Below, piece by piece: positions 10,157-19,859 of a DNA stretch of 64,000 nucleotides (positions within the stretch are counted from its first letter, which is position 1; each line of letters opens with the position of its first letter). Source of the stretch: Pirellulales bacterium (lineage in GTDB: Bacteria > Planctomycetota > Planctomycetia > Pirellulales > UBA1268); the NCBI GenBank assembly GCA_016779265.1, contig JADHNY010000004.1, positions 5,584 through 69,583 of the forward strand. The letters run 5' to 3'. The position numbers and the translations under genes are program-made. The notes below the pieces were generated by a model, which worked only from the letters and a program-made list of their open reading frames with translations, was not told the DNA's origin and did not search any database.

Positions 10157-13100
10157 TTAGTACTTCGAGAAGAACAGGTTCCGGGCTTCGACGTCCGCGG
10201 CAACGTTCTGGAAGCCCCAACGGTTTGCCCGCATCAGTCCTTCTGTGACGTTGGCAACCCAGAGCGCCCCGCGAGCGAGTTCTGCCGACGTCGCTCGTCG
10301 TCCGAGAAGTTCATCGCGACCGTCACCATCAGCGTCACCAGCGATGATGCCAGTCCAGATCACGTTGGGGTTCCAGTAACCCACCAGCGTATTGGTCCGA
10401 GTTCCACTCGTTCCATCGGAGACCAGCCCCCACCACTGCCCGTTTGCCGCGCGGGCAAGAATCTCTGCCTGCCCGTCGCCGTTAAAGTCACCAACGGTCG
10501 TGCTAGACCAGGTGGTATTGCCCCACACCCCCAACACCGTCGTTGTCAAACCGATGGTGTCGGTATTGGCAGTCGCCACATACCAGACATTCGCAGCACT
10601 TCGTCCGGCAATATCGGTCCTGCCGTCACCATTGAAGTCAGCAGCGACGATATCGTCGGTGAAGTTCAGAGTCGGGCTCCAGAATCCGAGAACCTCTGAC
10701 GTCCAGCCTCGCCCCTCTTGGCCAAACAATCCAAACCACTGTCCAGTGGTGGCCAGGCCAGCGATGTCTGTATTACCGTCACCGTTGAAGTCGCCGGTCT
10801 GAATCGACCTAAACGTGAAACTGGTGAGCCAGCCACCAACACGCAGGTTGGTAAAGCCGACCTCGCCGCCCGTCTTCGCAAAGCCCACCCACCAGGCGCC
10901 GTTGCTGGCCATGCCTGCAACATCCGTCGCTCCATCACCGTTGAAGTCGCCCGTGACGATGTTTTCAATGCCGAGCGTAGGCCGCCAATAGGTCATCAAC
11001 ACAGGTGCCGTACCGCCCAGACCATCACCACCGGTGCCGTTGCCGTTGTTGAGCGAGGCCCACCACTGACCAATCGTTGTCCGCCCTGCCACATCCATCA
11101 GTCCGTCGCCGTTGAAATCCCCCTCAACAACAGACGTCCAATCGACACGGTCATTGATGGCCCACGCGGCGTAGGTCGTCTGGGTGAAACTCGTACCATT
11201 GCTGGTGTTGAGCACCCAATACCCGTTTGAGGTGAAGGTCATCACCGAATCAAAGGTGGGCGGATCGACAGAGTTGTCGGTCACCGTGAATGTGAACGAC
11301 CGCTCGACCGACCCATTGTCGGCCGCTGTAGAAAGATTCCCATCGAGCCCGCCATCTTCGACGGTGACGGTGATCGTTGCTGAGCCAGCGAGCAGCGGGA
11401 CGAGACGCACGGTGCCGTCTGTATCGGGCGATGCGTAGACGACGTCTGGCTGGCCGACCACTGCCTGATCGCTGCTGGTCACCGTCACTCGCAGCGGCTG
11501 GGAATCACCACTGCCAGCGGTGATGCCTGTCAACGCCACGGTCTGCTCACCATCACTGAGATCCACGGTAATATTGCTGATGGCATCGAGTGTCGGCTGT
11601 CGGTTGTACCGCAGCACCTCAACGCTCACCACGTCGCTGGCATCCGAAAGCGTGGCACGACTCTCGAAGACACGGACCTGGCCAGACTGGAAGCCCGCGT
11701 CAGAACTCCCGATAGCTCCGACGGCCACAAAGTTGCCCGAGGCAGAAACGGCCACCGACATACCTGCGCTGTTGTCTGCAGCTTCCCCATCGATGTCTGC
11801 ATTGAGCCGCACCCAGGCTTCCCCAGTTGCGTCCCAGCGATACACCCTGGCATGCCCGGCCCCGTTTACTCCAGGCCCGGCGTTCTTATCCGCTCCGACC
11901 ACGACCACGCTGGCATCAGCCGAAAGAGCAACCGACACGCCGGCGTTGTCAAACATCGCCTCGCCATCAAGGTCCTGCCCTTGCTGAACCCACTGCGAGC
12001 TTCCACTGTCGAACGAATAGACCCGAACATGGCCGGCTCCGAAGCCGTTCCCCGCGTTCCCAGGGCCTCCAACGGCCATTGTCAGGCCATCCGCAGAGAG
12101 AGACACACTGCCACCGAAGTTGTCCGCATTCGCTTCGCCAGCGACAGCCGCTCCCACGAGATCCCAGGCTGACGTGTTCGCGTTCCAGCTGAACACGCGG
12201 ACCTGGCCACGTGCAGCCCCCGACCGTGGCTCACCGACGGCGACGACGTTGCCATCGGAGGCGAGTGACACGCTTGTGCCAGCACCATTGCCTTCCGCCA
12301 GCCCGTTGATATCGCCACCGAGTTGCTGCCAGGCACCGGCCCCAGCATTCCAGCGAAAGATCCTGGCATGCCCTGCATCGGGCCCCACTTCATCGTTGCC
12401 AAACGCACCAATCGCCAGAGTGGTGGCGTCGCCAGAAAGCGAGACCGCGGAGCCAGCGCGATCCAACGAGGCTTCACCATTGATCGGCTCACCGACCTGC
12501 ACCCACGACTCAAGGGATGCATTCCAGTTGTAGACACGCACCTGCCCGGCATCGCGACCGCCGTCATCATTCGCCGGCGCCCCCACCGCAATCGTCAGGC
12601 CATCGGATGACATTGAGACGGCTGTGCCCGCTGCGTCGGAAGCAGCCACTCCAGCAATGCCGGCTCCCATGGGCTGCCAGACGCCAGTGGCGGCGTCGTA
12701 GCGAGAGACCATGACCACACCAGCTCCATCTCCAGCGGCATCGTTGCCAGTCGCTCCAATCGCAACAATCTGTCCATCGGCAGACATGGCGACTGCGCGT
12801 CCGGCGTAGTCCTGGGCGGCTGCGCCTGCCAGTGTGTTCCCAACCTGCTGCCAGCTCGTCCCCTGATCCCAACCGCGCACGGTGATCACGTCAGAAATGC
12901 TGCCAGTCCAGGCGGCGGCAGGCTGGAAATACAGCCGAGTGCTCGCGTCGGCGACCAGCAGCAGTGGGCTCGCCTCAGAGACACCGCTCGCCTGCGTCCA
13001 GGTATTACCACCGTCTTGCGAAGACCACAGCGTTCCCCCGTCGAGGTTGGCCCCCACCACGGCAACCCCTGGCGCATCACCGTCGGCATCCTGAAAGTTC

Positions 13101-13723
13101 GAGAGAGCTGCATCAGTGTCAACGAGCGTCGACACGAGCACGCCGACCGCGCCCGTCGGCGGAGGAGCATCCTCTGTCACAGTCCCCAGCGTCAACGCAG
13201 CAGAAGGATCGAGCACAGGAAGGTCATTGATCGCGAGCACCGTGACATCAAAGGCCTGTGTTGTCGTCTGATTATCGCCAGAGGTCGCAAGATCACCGTC
13301 ATCACCACCATCCTCAACCTGCACCGTGACCGTCACCGTTCCGCTAGCGTCGGCAACGGGCGTGAAGGTCATCACACCGAAGGACTTAGGTGATGTGTAG
13401 CTCACCGTGGGGTCAGGCAGCACGCTGGCGTCGCTGCTACTGGCTGTGACTCGCAACGGCTGTGACTCACCAGAACCTGCTGAGATGCCTTGCAGGAACA
13501 CTGTCTGCTCACTCGCATCTTCGTCGATCGTGATATCGGCGATTGCATCGAGCGTGGGAGCCACGCTGGCGACATCTGCGGCAAGCATCGCCCGCGACTC
13601 CAGACGCTCCAAGACGGTGCCCAATGACAGCCCTCGAAAGGATGCGGTCTGCGTCTGCGTGCCACAACGGCGACGAGTGCGACTCTCACCACGTGCCTTC
13701 GACGTCCTGCCTGGCCTCGCCAT
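10157..13723 (-). CDS. Large surface/adhesin-like protein: planctomycete extracellular motif, two cadherin/Ig-like domains, 7-blade FG-GAP propeller, C-terminal GDFNGDG (VCBS/FG-GAP) repeats
   Basis: LERLESRAMLA; two copies of PTLDAI...GI.AGSG.SQPLRVT; 7 copies of G.AVS.S.DG..VA.GA; 6 copies of GDFNGDG-type motifs. Confidence 0.85.
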   Translation of the reverse strand: MARPGRTSKARGESRTRRRCGTQTQTASFRGLSLGTVLERLESRAMLAADVASVAPTLDAIADITIDEDASEQTVFLQGISAGSGESQPLRVTASSSDASVLPDPTVSYTSPKSFGVMTFTPVADASGTVTVTVQVEDGGDDGDLATSGDNQTTTQAFDVTVLAINDLPVLDPSAALTLGTVTEDAPPPTGAVGVLVSTLVDTDAALSNFQDADGDAPGVAVVGANLDGGTLWSSQDGGNTWTQASGVSEASPLLLVADASTRLYFQPAAAWTGSISDVITVRGWDQGTSWQQVGNTLAGAAAQDYAGRAVAMSADGQIVAIGATGNDAAGDGAGVVMVSRYDAATGVWQPMGAGIAGVAASDAAGTAVSMSSDGLTIAVGAPANDDGGRDAGQVRVYNWNASLESWVQVGEPINGEASLDRAGSAVSLSGDATTLAIGAFGNDEVGPDAGHARIFRWNAGAGAWQQLGGDINGLAEGNGAGTSVSLASDGNVVAVGEPRSGAARGQVRVFSWNANTSAWDLVGAAVAGEANADNFGGSVSLSADGLTMAVGGPGNAGNGFGAGHVRVYSFDSGSSQWVQQGQDLDGEAMFDNAGVSVALSADASVVVVGADKNAGPGVNGAGHARVYRWDATGEAWVRLNADIDGEAADNSAGMSVAVSASGNFVAVGAIGSSDAGFQSGQVRVFESRATLSDASDVVSVEVLRYNRQPTLDAISNITVDLSDGEQTVALTGITAGSGDSQPLRVTVTSSDQAVVGQPDVVYASPDTDGTVRLVPLLAGSATITVTVEDGGLDGNLSTAADNGSVERSFTFTVTDNSVDPPTFDSVMTFTSNGYWVLNTSNGTSFTQTTYAAWAINDRVDWTSVVEGDFNGDGLMDVAGRTTIGQWWASLNNGNGTGGDGLGGTAPVLMTYWRPTLGIENIVTGDFNGDGATDVAGMASNGAWWVGFAKTGGEVGFTNLRVGGWLTSFTFRSIQTGDFNGDGNTDIAGLATTGQWFGLFGQEGRGWTSEVLGFWSPTLNFTDDIVAADFNGDGRTDIAGRSAANVWYVATANTDTIGLTTTVLGVWGNTTWSSTTVGDFNGDGQAEILARAANGQWWGLVSDGTSGTRTNTLVGYWNPNVIWTGIIAGDADGDGRDELLGRRATSAELARGALWVANVTEGLMRANRWGFQNVAADVEARNLFFSKY

Positions 13724-13897
13724 AACGACTGCTCCTGCTTCGTGTGGTGTGCATTCACGATAACGGTCGCGTCTTGAGTCCGACACTTATCGGTCAGCGC
13801 AAACCGTTCCCGAAAAACTCCTCTCAAGAGGGATACTGAGCCTAGGAGCCGCCCGTTCGGACGGTCAACCTCAGTTGCCATGAGAAGTGAGGTGCAC

Positions 13898-16021
13898 TCA
13901 GGGATTTACGACAGGAAAGACAAACTTGTTCAGCGGTTCACCGGTGACCGTGTGGTGCCGGACGACCAGCGTCGAGCCCCCCTGTTCCCCAGAAACTCGT
14001 ACCTCACCAGACAGAAAGCCGCCAGCCACCCGCAGAAAACGATGCTTGGGTCGCGTATCCCCCTCCCGCCAGCCCAGTTCGTGGTCTGCGCTTCCCGGCC
14101 CGCAGCCAAACTCCCACAGGCCAGTCGTCTCATCGACCGACGCATACTGCCAGTGGCGATCACCGCAGCAGACGATCACGCCCGGGATAGCGGACAGTTG
14201 GGCGCGAAGCTCCTCACCTTCCCAGGCAAAGATGTCGTTGGCGTGGTTGTCCTTCTTGTTCGCACGGTCTGGCCCCACGATCGGCGTTGGACTAACCACC
14301 AGCTTGAAGCGGGCATCTGAGGCCTGCAGCGTGTCGAACAGCCAGGCCTTCTGATCCACCCCGAGAATCGTCTTGTCAGGCCCATCGGGCATCGTGTGAG
14401 GACTGCGGTAGTCTCGGCCTTCGAGCACCCACAACTGCAGGTCACGCCCCCACCGCACCGTGGCATATCGCGGTGAGCGAGCGGGGAACTGCTCCTCATT
14501 AAACAGTTTCACTCCTTCCGCAAACGTCACCGAGCCGTAGGTCTGTCCGGGCCAACAGTCATTCATCAGCGTGTCATGGTCGTCTTTGATGAAGTAGGTC
14601 GACGTCGTGCTGTAGAACTGACGATTGGCCGGAAGCGCGAACAGCCGTCCCCACTTAAAACGCATCAGCTCCTTGGTCAACGCCCACGGATCCGGCTTGT
14701 CGTAATACTCAATATCGCCGGCATGGACGATGAACGCGGGATCGATCTCCCGCATCGCCGTGTAGATCTTGTGACCACGCAGTCCGTCGTCACGGCGAAT
14801 GAAGTCGTGACAGGTGGTGATGCAGAATCGCAGCGGCGTCGTCGCCTTCGCCGCAAAGGCCGTCCGGAATCCCCCCAAAGCAACGGCTGACGGTTCCCCC
14901 TCAGACGTCTGGGCTTCAATGACCGTGAGATACCGAGCGCCAGGCTTGAGGTCCTCAAGCTTCCACTGCGCTGTGTAGTCGTCGTCTCCGTTTGTCACCA
15001 CCCAGTCCGTCTGCCGCATCTGCTTGCGTTGATGCTCAGGGTAGTAGGAGAGTCGCACTCGGCCCGGAGCTCCAGGACAGGCTCCAAGCATGTCATCAAG
15101 CGATGCTCCCTCCGGCAGCTGTGGACTGAGGAGTTTGGCGGGATCGGTTTCGCGAGCCAGCTGCCTGGCCTCTTTCACCGAGAGGCTGACAAACGGCAGG
15201 CCATCACCCCGCATCTGCTTGTTTTTTGTCGTCCGCGTCCAGATCACGATGCTCGTCTGGTCAGCCCAGCTGTTCCGACTGCCGTTGGCCAGAAATGGAC
15301 CGGTTTCGACCATGGGATCCGCCGCAGGTGGATCGTGCGGCACAAACTCAAAATCCTTGTAGGTCACACGCCCACCATGATCGGTGAGCATCACACGATC
15401 ACCAGCCCGCGGCCGGCCAAAGTCTTCCGCGTCGAAGAACTTGCTCAGTGCGACCGTCGTGTCCCAGGCTGGCCCCGCGAGGTCTGCGGCTGTCACGAGC
15501 TGGCCGTTGAGGTAGTGCTCCACCCGCGGCCCTACGGCCACCACCTTTGAACTGTTCCATTCTCCCGGTGAATGGAGGACTTTGTCTGCTACAGGCGCCA
15601 CGAGGTCGTAGATCGCCGCCGTCGATCCGAGCGATGTGTCGCCGGGGGGACTGTCGATGATCTGATACTCAAGGCCGATCGTTCGCGACATCGCTCTCTC
15701 GTGAAATGTCCGCACGCGATACTTCAGCCCACTGTTGACCCCTTTCTCAATCTTCCACTTCCAGCTCAGCTCGAAGTGCGGTGGCAATGGCTTGCTCACG
15801 ATATTGCCACCCTGCCGAGGCGTGACCAGCGACACTTCGCCGTTGGCAAACTGCCAGCCCTCCGAAACCTGTCCGCCGGCGGGCGTCTCCCAAAACTCGC
15901 GCTGGCTCCAGGCGGCAGCAGACAAGTCCTCCGCCGTTGCGATCGCGGCTGTCCATCCGCCGATCACACATACCAACAGCAGCACCAGCCCACGCAGAAC
16001 TTTGGTTGCCCCCTGCAGCAT
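13898..16021 (-). CDS. DUF1080 (3-keto-disaccharide hydrolase-like) domain fused to PhoD-like alkaline phosphatase
   Basis: N-terminal FELSWKWK...NSGLKY, LEYQIID, GEWNSSKV...VEHYLNG, LTDHG (DUF1080). C-terminal HAGDIEYYD, KDDHD, GRDYRS, GDRHWQY (PhoD). Start ATG 16021 gives a signal peptide. Confidence 0.85.
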   Translation of the reverse strand: MLQGATKVLRGLVLLLVCVIGGWTAAIATAEDLSAAAWSQREFWETPAGGQVSEGWQFANGEVSLVTPRQGGNIVSKPLPPHFELSWKWKIEKGVNSGLKYRVRTFHERAMSRTIGLEYQIIDSPPGDTSLGSTAAIYDLVAPVADKVLHSPGEWNSSKVVAVGPRVEHYLNGQLVTAADLAGPAWDTTVALSKFFDAEDFGRPRAGDRVMLTDHGGRVTYKDFEFVPHDPPAADPMVETGPFLANGSRNSWADQTSIVIWTRTTKNKQMRGDGLPFVSLSVKEARQLARETDPAKLLSPQLPEGASLDDMLGACPGAPGRVRLSYYPEHQRKQMRQTDWVVTNGDDDYTAQWKLEDLKPGARYLTVIEAQTSEGEPSAVALGGFRTAFAAKATTPLRFCITTCHDFIRRDDGLRGHKIYTAMREIDPAFIVHAGDIEYYDKPDPWALTKELMRFKWGRLFALPANRQFYSTTSTYFIKDDHDTLMNDCWPGQTYGSVTFAEGVKLFNEEQFPARSPRYATVRWGRDLQLWVLEGRDYRSPHTMPDGPDKTILGVDQKAWLFDTLQASDARFKLVVSPTPIVGPDRANKKDNHANDIFAWEGEELRAQLSAIPGVIVCCGDRHWQYASVDETTGLWEFGCGPGSADHELGWREGDTRPKHRFLRVAGGFLSGEVRVSGEQGGSTLVVRHHTVTGEPLNKFVFPVVNP

Positions 16022-16200
16022 CGAAGAGCCTCCGCAAGACACTCGTTTCTCGTACCCCTCACCGCGGGCAACACAGTACCATGTCTGCAGCGGTTTCGGG
16101 CAGGAGCCAGCGATGGTCTGTCGTCCGCCACCGAGTTCCGAGATTTCCGGTGCCAGCTGTGACACGTTGGCCATCTTTTCATCACCGCGACAGCCGCACG

Positions 16201-17361
16201 ATGACCGACGACGTCGACACATTCCATGGCGGTGTCTTCAGTGACGAACTGGCAGGCGGTCGCGCTGGTGCTGAGTTGCAGTTCGCCACAGACAGCCTCG
16301 TGGCAACGGTGCCCCCGGGGCGTGCGTCGGCGAGCGGCCGTGACTTTGCGATTCGCTACCGCGACTGTCAGGTCGACATTGGCGGCTACAACGGCCGCAT
16401 GATCTTCTGCCGCACAGCAGACCGCAGCCTGACGATTTTCTGTGACACACCTGGCTTTGCCCGAGCACTCGCAGGGGCAGCAGGCGGCCTGCTCGACGAA
16501 CAGCTCGACGCAACCGCCGCCACGCAGCGACAGGCACACCGTCGCGGCTGGCTCGCGGGCCTGCTACTGGTCGCCGTCACTGCGGGCTTTCTCCTGGCCT
16601 GCTTCTACGGCATCCGCCTCGCTGCTGACGCCTCGATCACCGCCGTCCCGATGGCCGTCGATCGTCAGATTGGTCAACAGGCCTACCGCCTGATGGACCA
16701 TGACGGTCCAGAGGTCGACGACGAGGTGATCACCAATGCCGTCTCAGGCATTGTCGCCCGGCTGAAACCTCACGCGGCTGCTGAGGGCCTGCAGTTTGAT
16801 GTGCACATCATCGATGCTGACATCTGCAACGCCTTCTGCCTCCCAGGGGGCACGATCGTTCTCTACACCGGACTTCTGCGGCGAGCGGGCTCTGCCGAAG
16901 AGGTTGCCGGCGTGCTTGCCCACGAGATGGCCCACGCATCACTGCGTCACGGACTGCGGCAGGTCACACAGTCTGTCGGCATCGCAGCAGCAGTCAATCT
17001 GCTCATCGGCAACGTCGAGGGCCTCGTGGTAGCAGGAGCCGAGATTTTCAAACTCGCCACAATCAACAGCTACAGCCGACAGCAGGAAACAGACGCAGAC
17101 ACAGAGGGCGTGCGGATGCTCCACGCAGCGGGAATCAACCCACTCTCCCTCGCTCGCTTTTTCGAGACGATGCAACGCGAGGCAGGCGATCTCCCAGCAG
17201 GCCTGACCTGGCTGAGCACTCACCCTGACCATGCCGCTCGCATCGCTGCCGTCCGAGATCAGGTAGGCAGACTTGCCCAGCAGGAGTATGTTCCCTTCGA
17301 GATCGACTGGGAACGTGTACGTACTGCCGCGAGCAGTGATGAGTTCACAGCGGGCGAGTAG
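16201..17361 (+). CDS. M48 family zinc metallopeptidase, membrane-anchored
   Basis: NAFCLPGG, AHEMAH (HExxH), YSRQQETDAD, LSTHPD; one TM segment after an N-terminal cytoplasmic domain. Start ATG 16201. Confidence 0.9.
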   Translation: MTDDVDTFHGGVFSDELAGGRAGAELQFATDSLVATVPPGRASASGRDFAIRYRDCQVDIGGYNGRMIFCRTADRSLTIFCDTPGFARALAGAAGGLLDEQLDATAATQRQAHRRGWLAGLLLVAVTAGFLLACFYGIRLAADASITAVPMAVDRQIGQQAYRLMDHDGPEVDDEVITNAVSGIVARLKPHAAAEGLQFDVHIIDADICNAFCLPGGTIVLYTGLLRRAGSAEEVAGVLAHEMAHASLRHGLRQVTQSVGIAAAVNLLIGNVEGLVVAGAEIFKLATINSYSRQQETDADTEGVRMLHAAGINPLSLARFFETMQREAGDLPAGLTWLSTHPDHAARIAAVRDQVGRLAQQEYVPFEIDWERVRTAASSDEFTAGE

Positions 17362-17411
17362 GAAGCCCACGCAGGCAGCACGGGCAACGAACCAACATCA
17401 GTGAGCTCTGA

Positions 17412-17452
17412 GTCTTTCGGCAACGCACACTGTCTTTCGGCAAACCACACTG
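17412..17452 (+). repeat. Tandem 20-bp direct repeat upstream of the AIM24 genes
   Basis: gtctttcggcaacgcacact / gtctttcggcaaaccacact: 18 of 20 identical, directly abutting. Confidence 0.85.
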
Positions 17453-17470
17453 GGACGCGAGAGGTACGAA

Positions 17471-18127
17471 ATGCAACACGTCGTCCGCAATCGACCGTCC
17501 TTCGCCAACATCCATCTGCAGCTTCAGCGGGGCGACCGCATCATCGCTGAGGCAGACGCCATGGCGAGCATGAGTTCGACGATCGACATGCGAACTCGGT
17601 TTAGCGGCGGACCGGTGCAAGGCCTGCTGCGACGGGGGTTTGGCAGCGAGTCGATGTTTGTGAATGAGTTCTCAACAGCCTCGGAAGGTGAGCTCGTGCT
17701 GACACAGCCCTTTCCTGGTGACATCGAATGCCTCGAACTCGAGCGGACCAGCCTATTCCTTCAGCCTGGAGCCTTTATCGCCTGTGAGCCCGGAGTCCGC
17801 CTCGGTTTGGGTTGGGCTGGGCTGCGGATGGCGATCGCACGCGAGGGTCTCTTTCGCCTGCGTGTCAGCGGTCGAGGCAAGGTCTGGTTTGGCGCCTACG
17901 GCGGCATCTTCAGCCGTGAGGTCACGGACGAATACATTGTCGACACCGGCCATCTCGTCGCCTACGAGCCGACGATTGATGTCCGCATTGGCATGGCCGG
18001 GGGCCTGTTCTCAAGCATCTTTAGCCAAGAAGGCCTCGTCACACGCGTGCGGGGCCCTGGCCGGATCTATCTCCAGTCTCGCTCGTTTGGCGGACTTGCC
18101 GCCTGGGCCAACGCACACCTCTGGTAA
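17471..18127 (+). CDS. AIM24 / TIGR00266 (DUF124) family protein, copy 1
   Basis: RPSFANIHLQL..GD.IIAEADAMASM; GSESMFVNEF; VDTGHLVAYE; SQEGLV; YLQSR. Confidence 0.92.
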   Translation: MQHVVRNRPSFANIHLQLQRGDRIIAEADAMASMSSTIDMRTRFSGGPVQGLLRRGFGSESMFVNEFSTASEGELVLTQPFPGDIECLELERTSLFLQPGAFIACEPGVRLGLGWAGLRMAIAREGLFRLRVSGRGKVWFGAYGGIFSREVTDEYIVDTGHLVAYEPTIDVRIGMAGGLFSSIFSQEGLVTRVRGPGRIYLQSRSFGGLAAWANAHLW

Positions 18128-18131
18128 TCCC

Positions 18132-18818
18132 ATGCGTCATGACATCGTGTCACGTCCCGCGGCAGCGGTCGCACGTCTCACCTTTGACGAAGGCGAATCC
18201 CTGACCTGTGAGGTCGGTGGCATGATTGCCATGTCGCCAGACTTCACGGTGGAAACCACCACCCGCAAGAAACGTGGCAGCGGCGGCGGCCTGCTCAAGG
18301 GCCTCAAACGGATGCTCGCTGGCGAGAGTCTGTTTCTCAACCATTTCACCGCCACGAAGCCAGACCAGACGCTGCTGGTCGGCCCGCGGCTTCTCGGTGA
18401 CGTGATTCACCGCCGGCTGCAGGGAGGCTCGATGATTGTGCAGGGCAGCAGCTGGCTGGCGTCCTCCACCGCCATCGACATCGATGCCACCTGGCAGGGA
18501 TTTGGCAAAGCGATCTTCAGCGGCGAGGGCTTGTTCTGGCTGAAATGCAGCGGAGAGGGTGACCTCTTCCTCAGCAGCTTTGGTGCCATTTACGAGGTGG
18601 AAGTCGATGGCGACTATGTCGTCGACACCGGACACATCGTCGCCTTTGACGACACGCTGCAGTTCGCCATTCGAAAAGCAGGGGCGAGCTGGATCGGCAG
18701 CTTCCTTGGCGGCGAAGGGCTCGTCTGCCGGTTCTCAGGGAAAGGCCGGCTGCTGTGCCAGTCGCACAATCCCCCGAGCTTCGGCGCCTTGCTCGGCCCA
18801 AAACTCAAGCCGCGGTAA
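18132..18818 (+). CDS. AIM24 / TIGR00266 family protein, copy 2
   Basis: Start ATG 18132 (MRHDIVSRP); GESLFLNHF; GEGLFWLKCSG.G; VDTGHIVAFD; GGEGLVCRFSG.G.L.CQS. Confidence 0.92.
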   Translation: MRHDIVSRPAAAVARLTFDEGESLTCEVGGMIAMSPDFTVETTTRKKRGSGGGLLKGLKRMLAGESLFLNHFTATKPDQTLLVGPRLLGDVIHRRLQGGSMIVQGSSWLASSTAIDIDATWQGFGKAIFSGEGLFWLKCSGEGDLFLSSFGAIYEVEVDGDYVVDTGHIVAFDDTLQFAIRKAGASWIGSFLGGEGLVCRFSGKGRLLCQSHNPPSFGALLGPKLKPR

Positions 18819-18843
18819 CCCCCTCTGCCGGGAGCAATGCATC

Positions 18844-19770
18844 ATGATCGAGTTTGCCTGTGACCAGTGCGGCACCACCTTTCGCGTGGCAGCGGAGCAT
18901 GCTGGAAAAACAGCAAAGTGCAAGCAGTGTGGCGGTGCGATTCAGATCCCAGCGGCCTCCGCGACCGCAGCGGCGGCCTCCCCAACTCAGTCAAGCACTG
19001 CTCCGTCTGGCACTGCTCCGCCAGATACCGATCAGCCCGACACCAACGCAACCTCCGCAGTGATTCGGGGATCGGGCGACCTCTTCAGCTATGAGATCAC
19101 CCAGCGTCCTGACTTCGCCATGATCACCCTGACGCTGCAAGAGGGTGGCCGTGTGTTCGCCGAGCCTGCTGCGATGGCCAGCATGTCGCCCGCCGTCAGC
19201 CTCAAGGCAGGCTTCAAAGGTGGGCTCCGCAAAACGCTTGGCCGTGCGTTCGGCGGCGAGAGTATGATCGTCAACACGTTCACGGCAGACCGAGGGCCTG
19301 GTGAGGTCGTGTTTGCACCTGGTCCAGCCGGAGATGCAGCACACTACCGGCTCGATGGCGGCAGCCTGCTGATGCAGCGAGGAGCGTTTGTCTGCCACGG
19401 CCCAGGTGTTGAGATTTCAGGCAAGTGGCAAGGAGCCAAGAGTTTCTTCGGCGGCGAGGGGCTGGTCTTGCTCAAAGCGAGTGGCCAGGGGGATCTTTTC
19501 TTCAACTCATACGGAGCCATCCTCCCAGTTGACGTGAAAGACGAATACATCGTCGACACCGGCTATATCGTGGCCTTCGAAGACACGCTCGACTATCGCG
19601 TATCTGTGCTTCCCGGCCTCCGCGCGGGCAGCAAACTCAAGACGTTCTTCTTCGGTGGTGAAGGGCTCGTCTGTCGGTTCCGTGGCCAAGGTCGGCTCTG
19701 GGTACAGACGCGGCACGTGCAGTCATTCCTCTCGTGGGTGCATCCCTTCCGGCCCTCTCGCCGCAACTAG
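18844..19770 (+). CDS. AIM24 / TIGR00266 family protein, copy 3, with N-terminal zinc ribbon
   Basis: MIEFACDQCG...KCKQCG (two CxxC), an Ala/Pro/Thr linker, then GGESMIVNTF, VDTGYIVAFE, GGEGLVCRF. Confidence 0.9.
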   Translation: MIEFACDQCGTTFRVAAEHAGKTAKCKQCGGAIQIPAASATAAAASPTQSSTAPSGTAPPDTDQPDTNATSAVIRGSGDLFSYEITQRPDFAMITLTLQEGGRVFAEPAAMASMSPAVSLKAGFKGGLRKTLGRAFGGESMIVNTFTADRGPGEVVFAPGPAGDAAHYRLDGGSLLMQRGAFVCHGPGVEISGKWQGAKSFFGGEGLVLLKASGQGDLFFNSYGAILPVDVKDEYIVDTGYIVAFEDTLDYRVSVLPGLRAGSKLKTFFFGGEGLVCRFRGQGRLWVQTRHVQSFLSWVHPFRPSRRN

Positions 19771-19799
19771 CCGCGACTCCTCACCGCAACTTCGTGAGG

Positions 19800-19842
19800 G
19801 CCTCGCACCTTGAAGTCAGGCCCCGTGGTGCCTCGCACCTTC
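19800..19842 (+). repeat. GCCTCGCACCTT short repeat (copies at 19800 and 19830; third copy at 3420)
   Basis: Exact 12-mer in two intergenic regions. It sits next to a CCTCAC/GTGAGG hairpin (19779-19799) between convergent genes. Confidence 0.6.
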
Positions 19843-19859
19843 GCAGCAGAGGACGTGGG

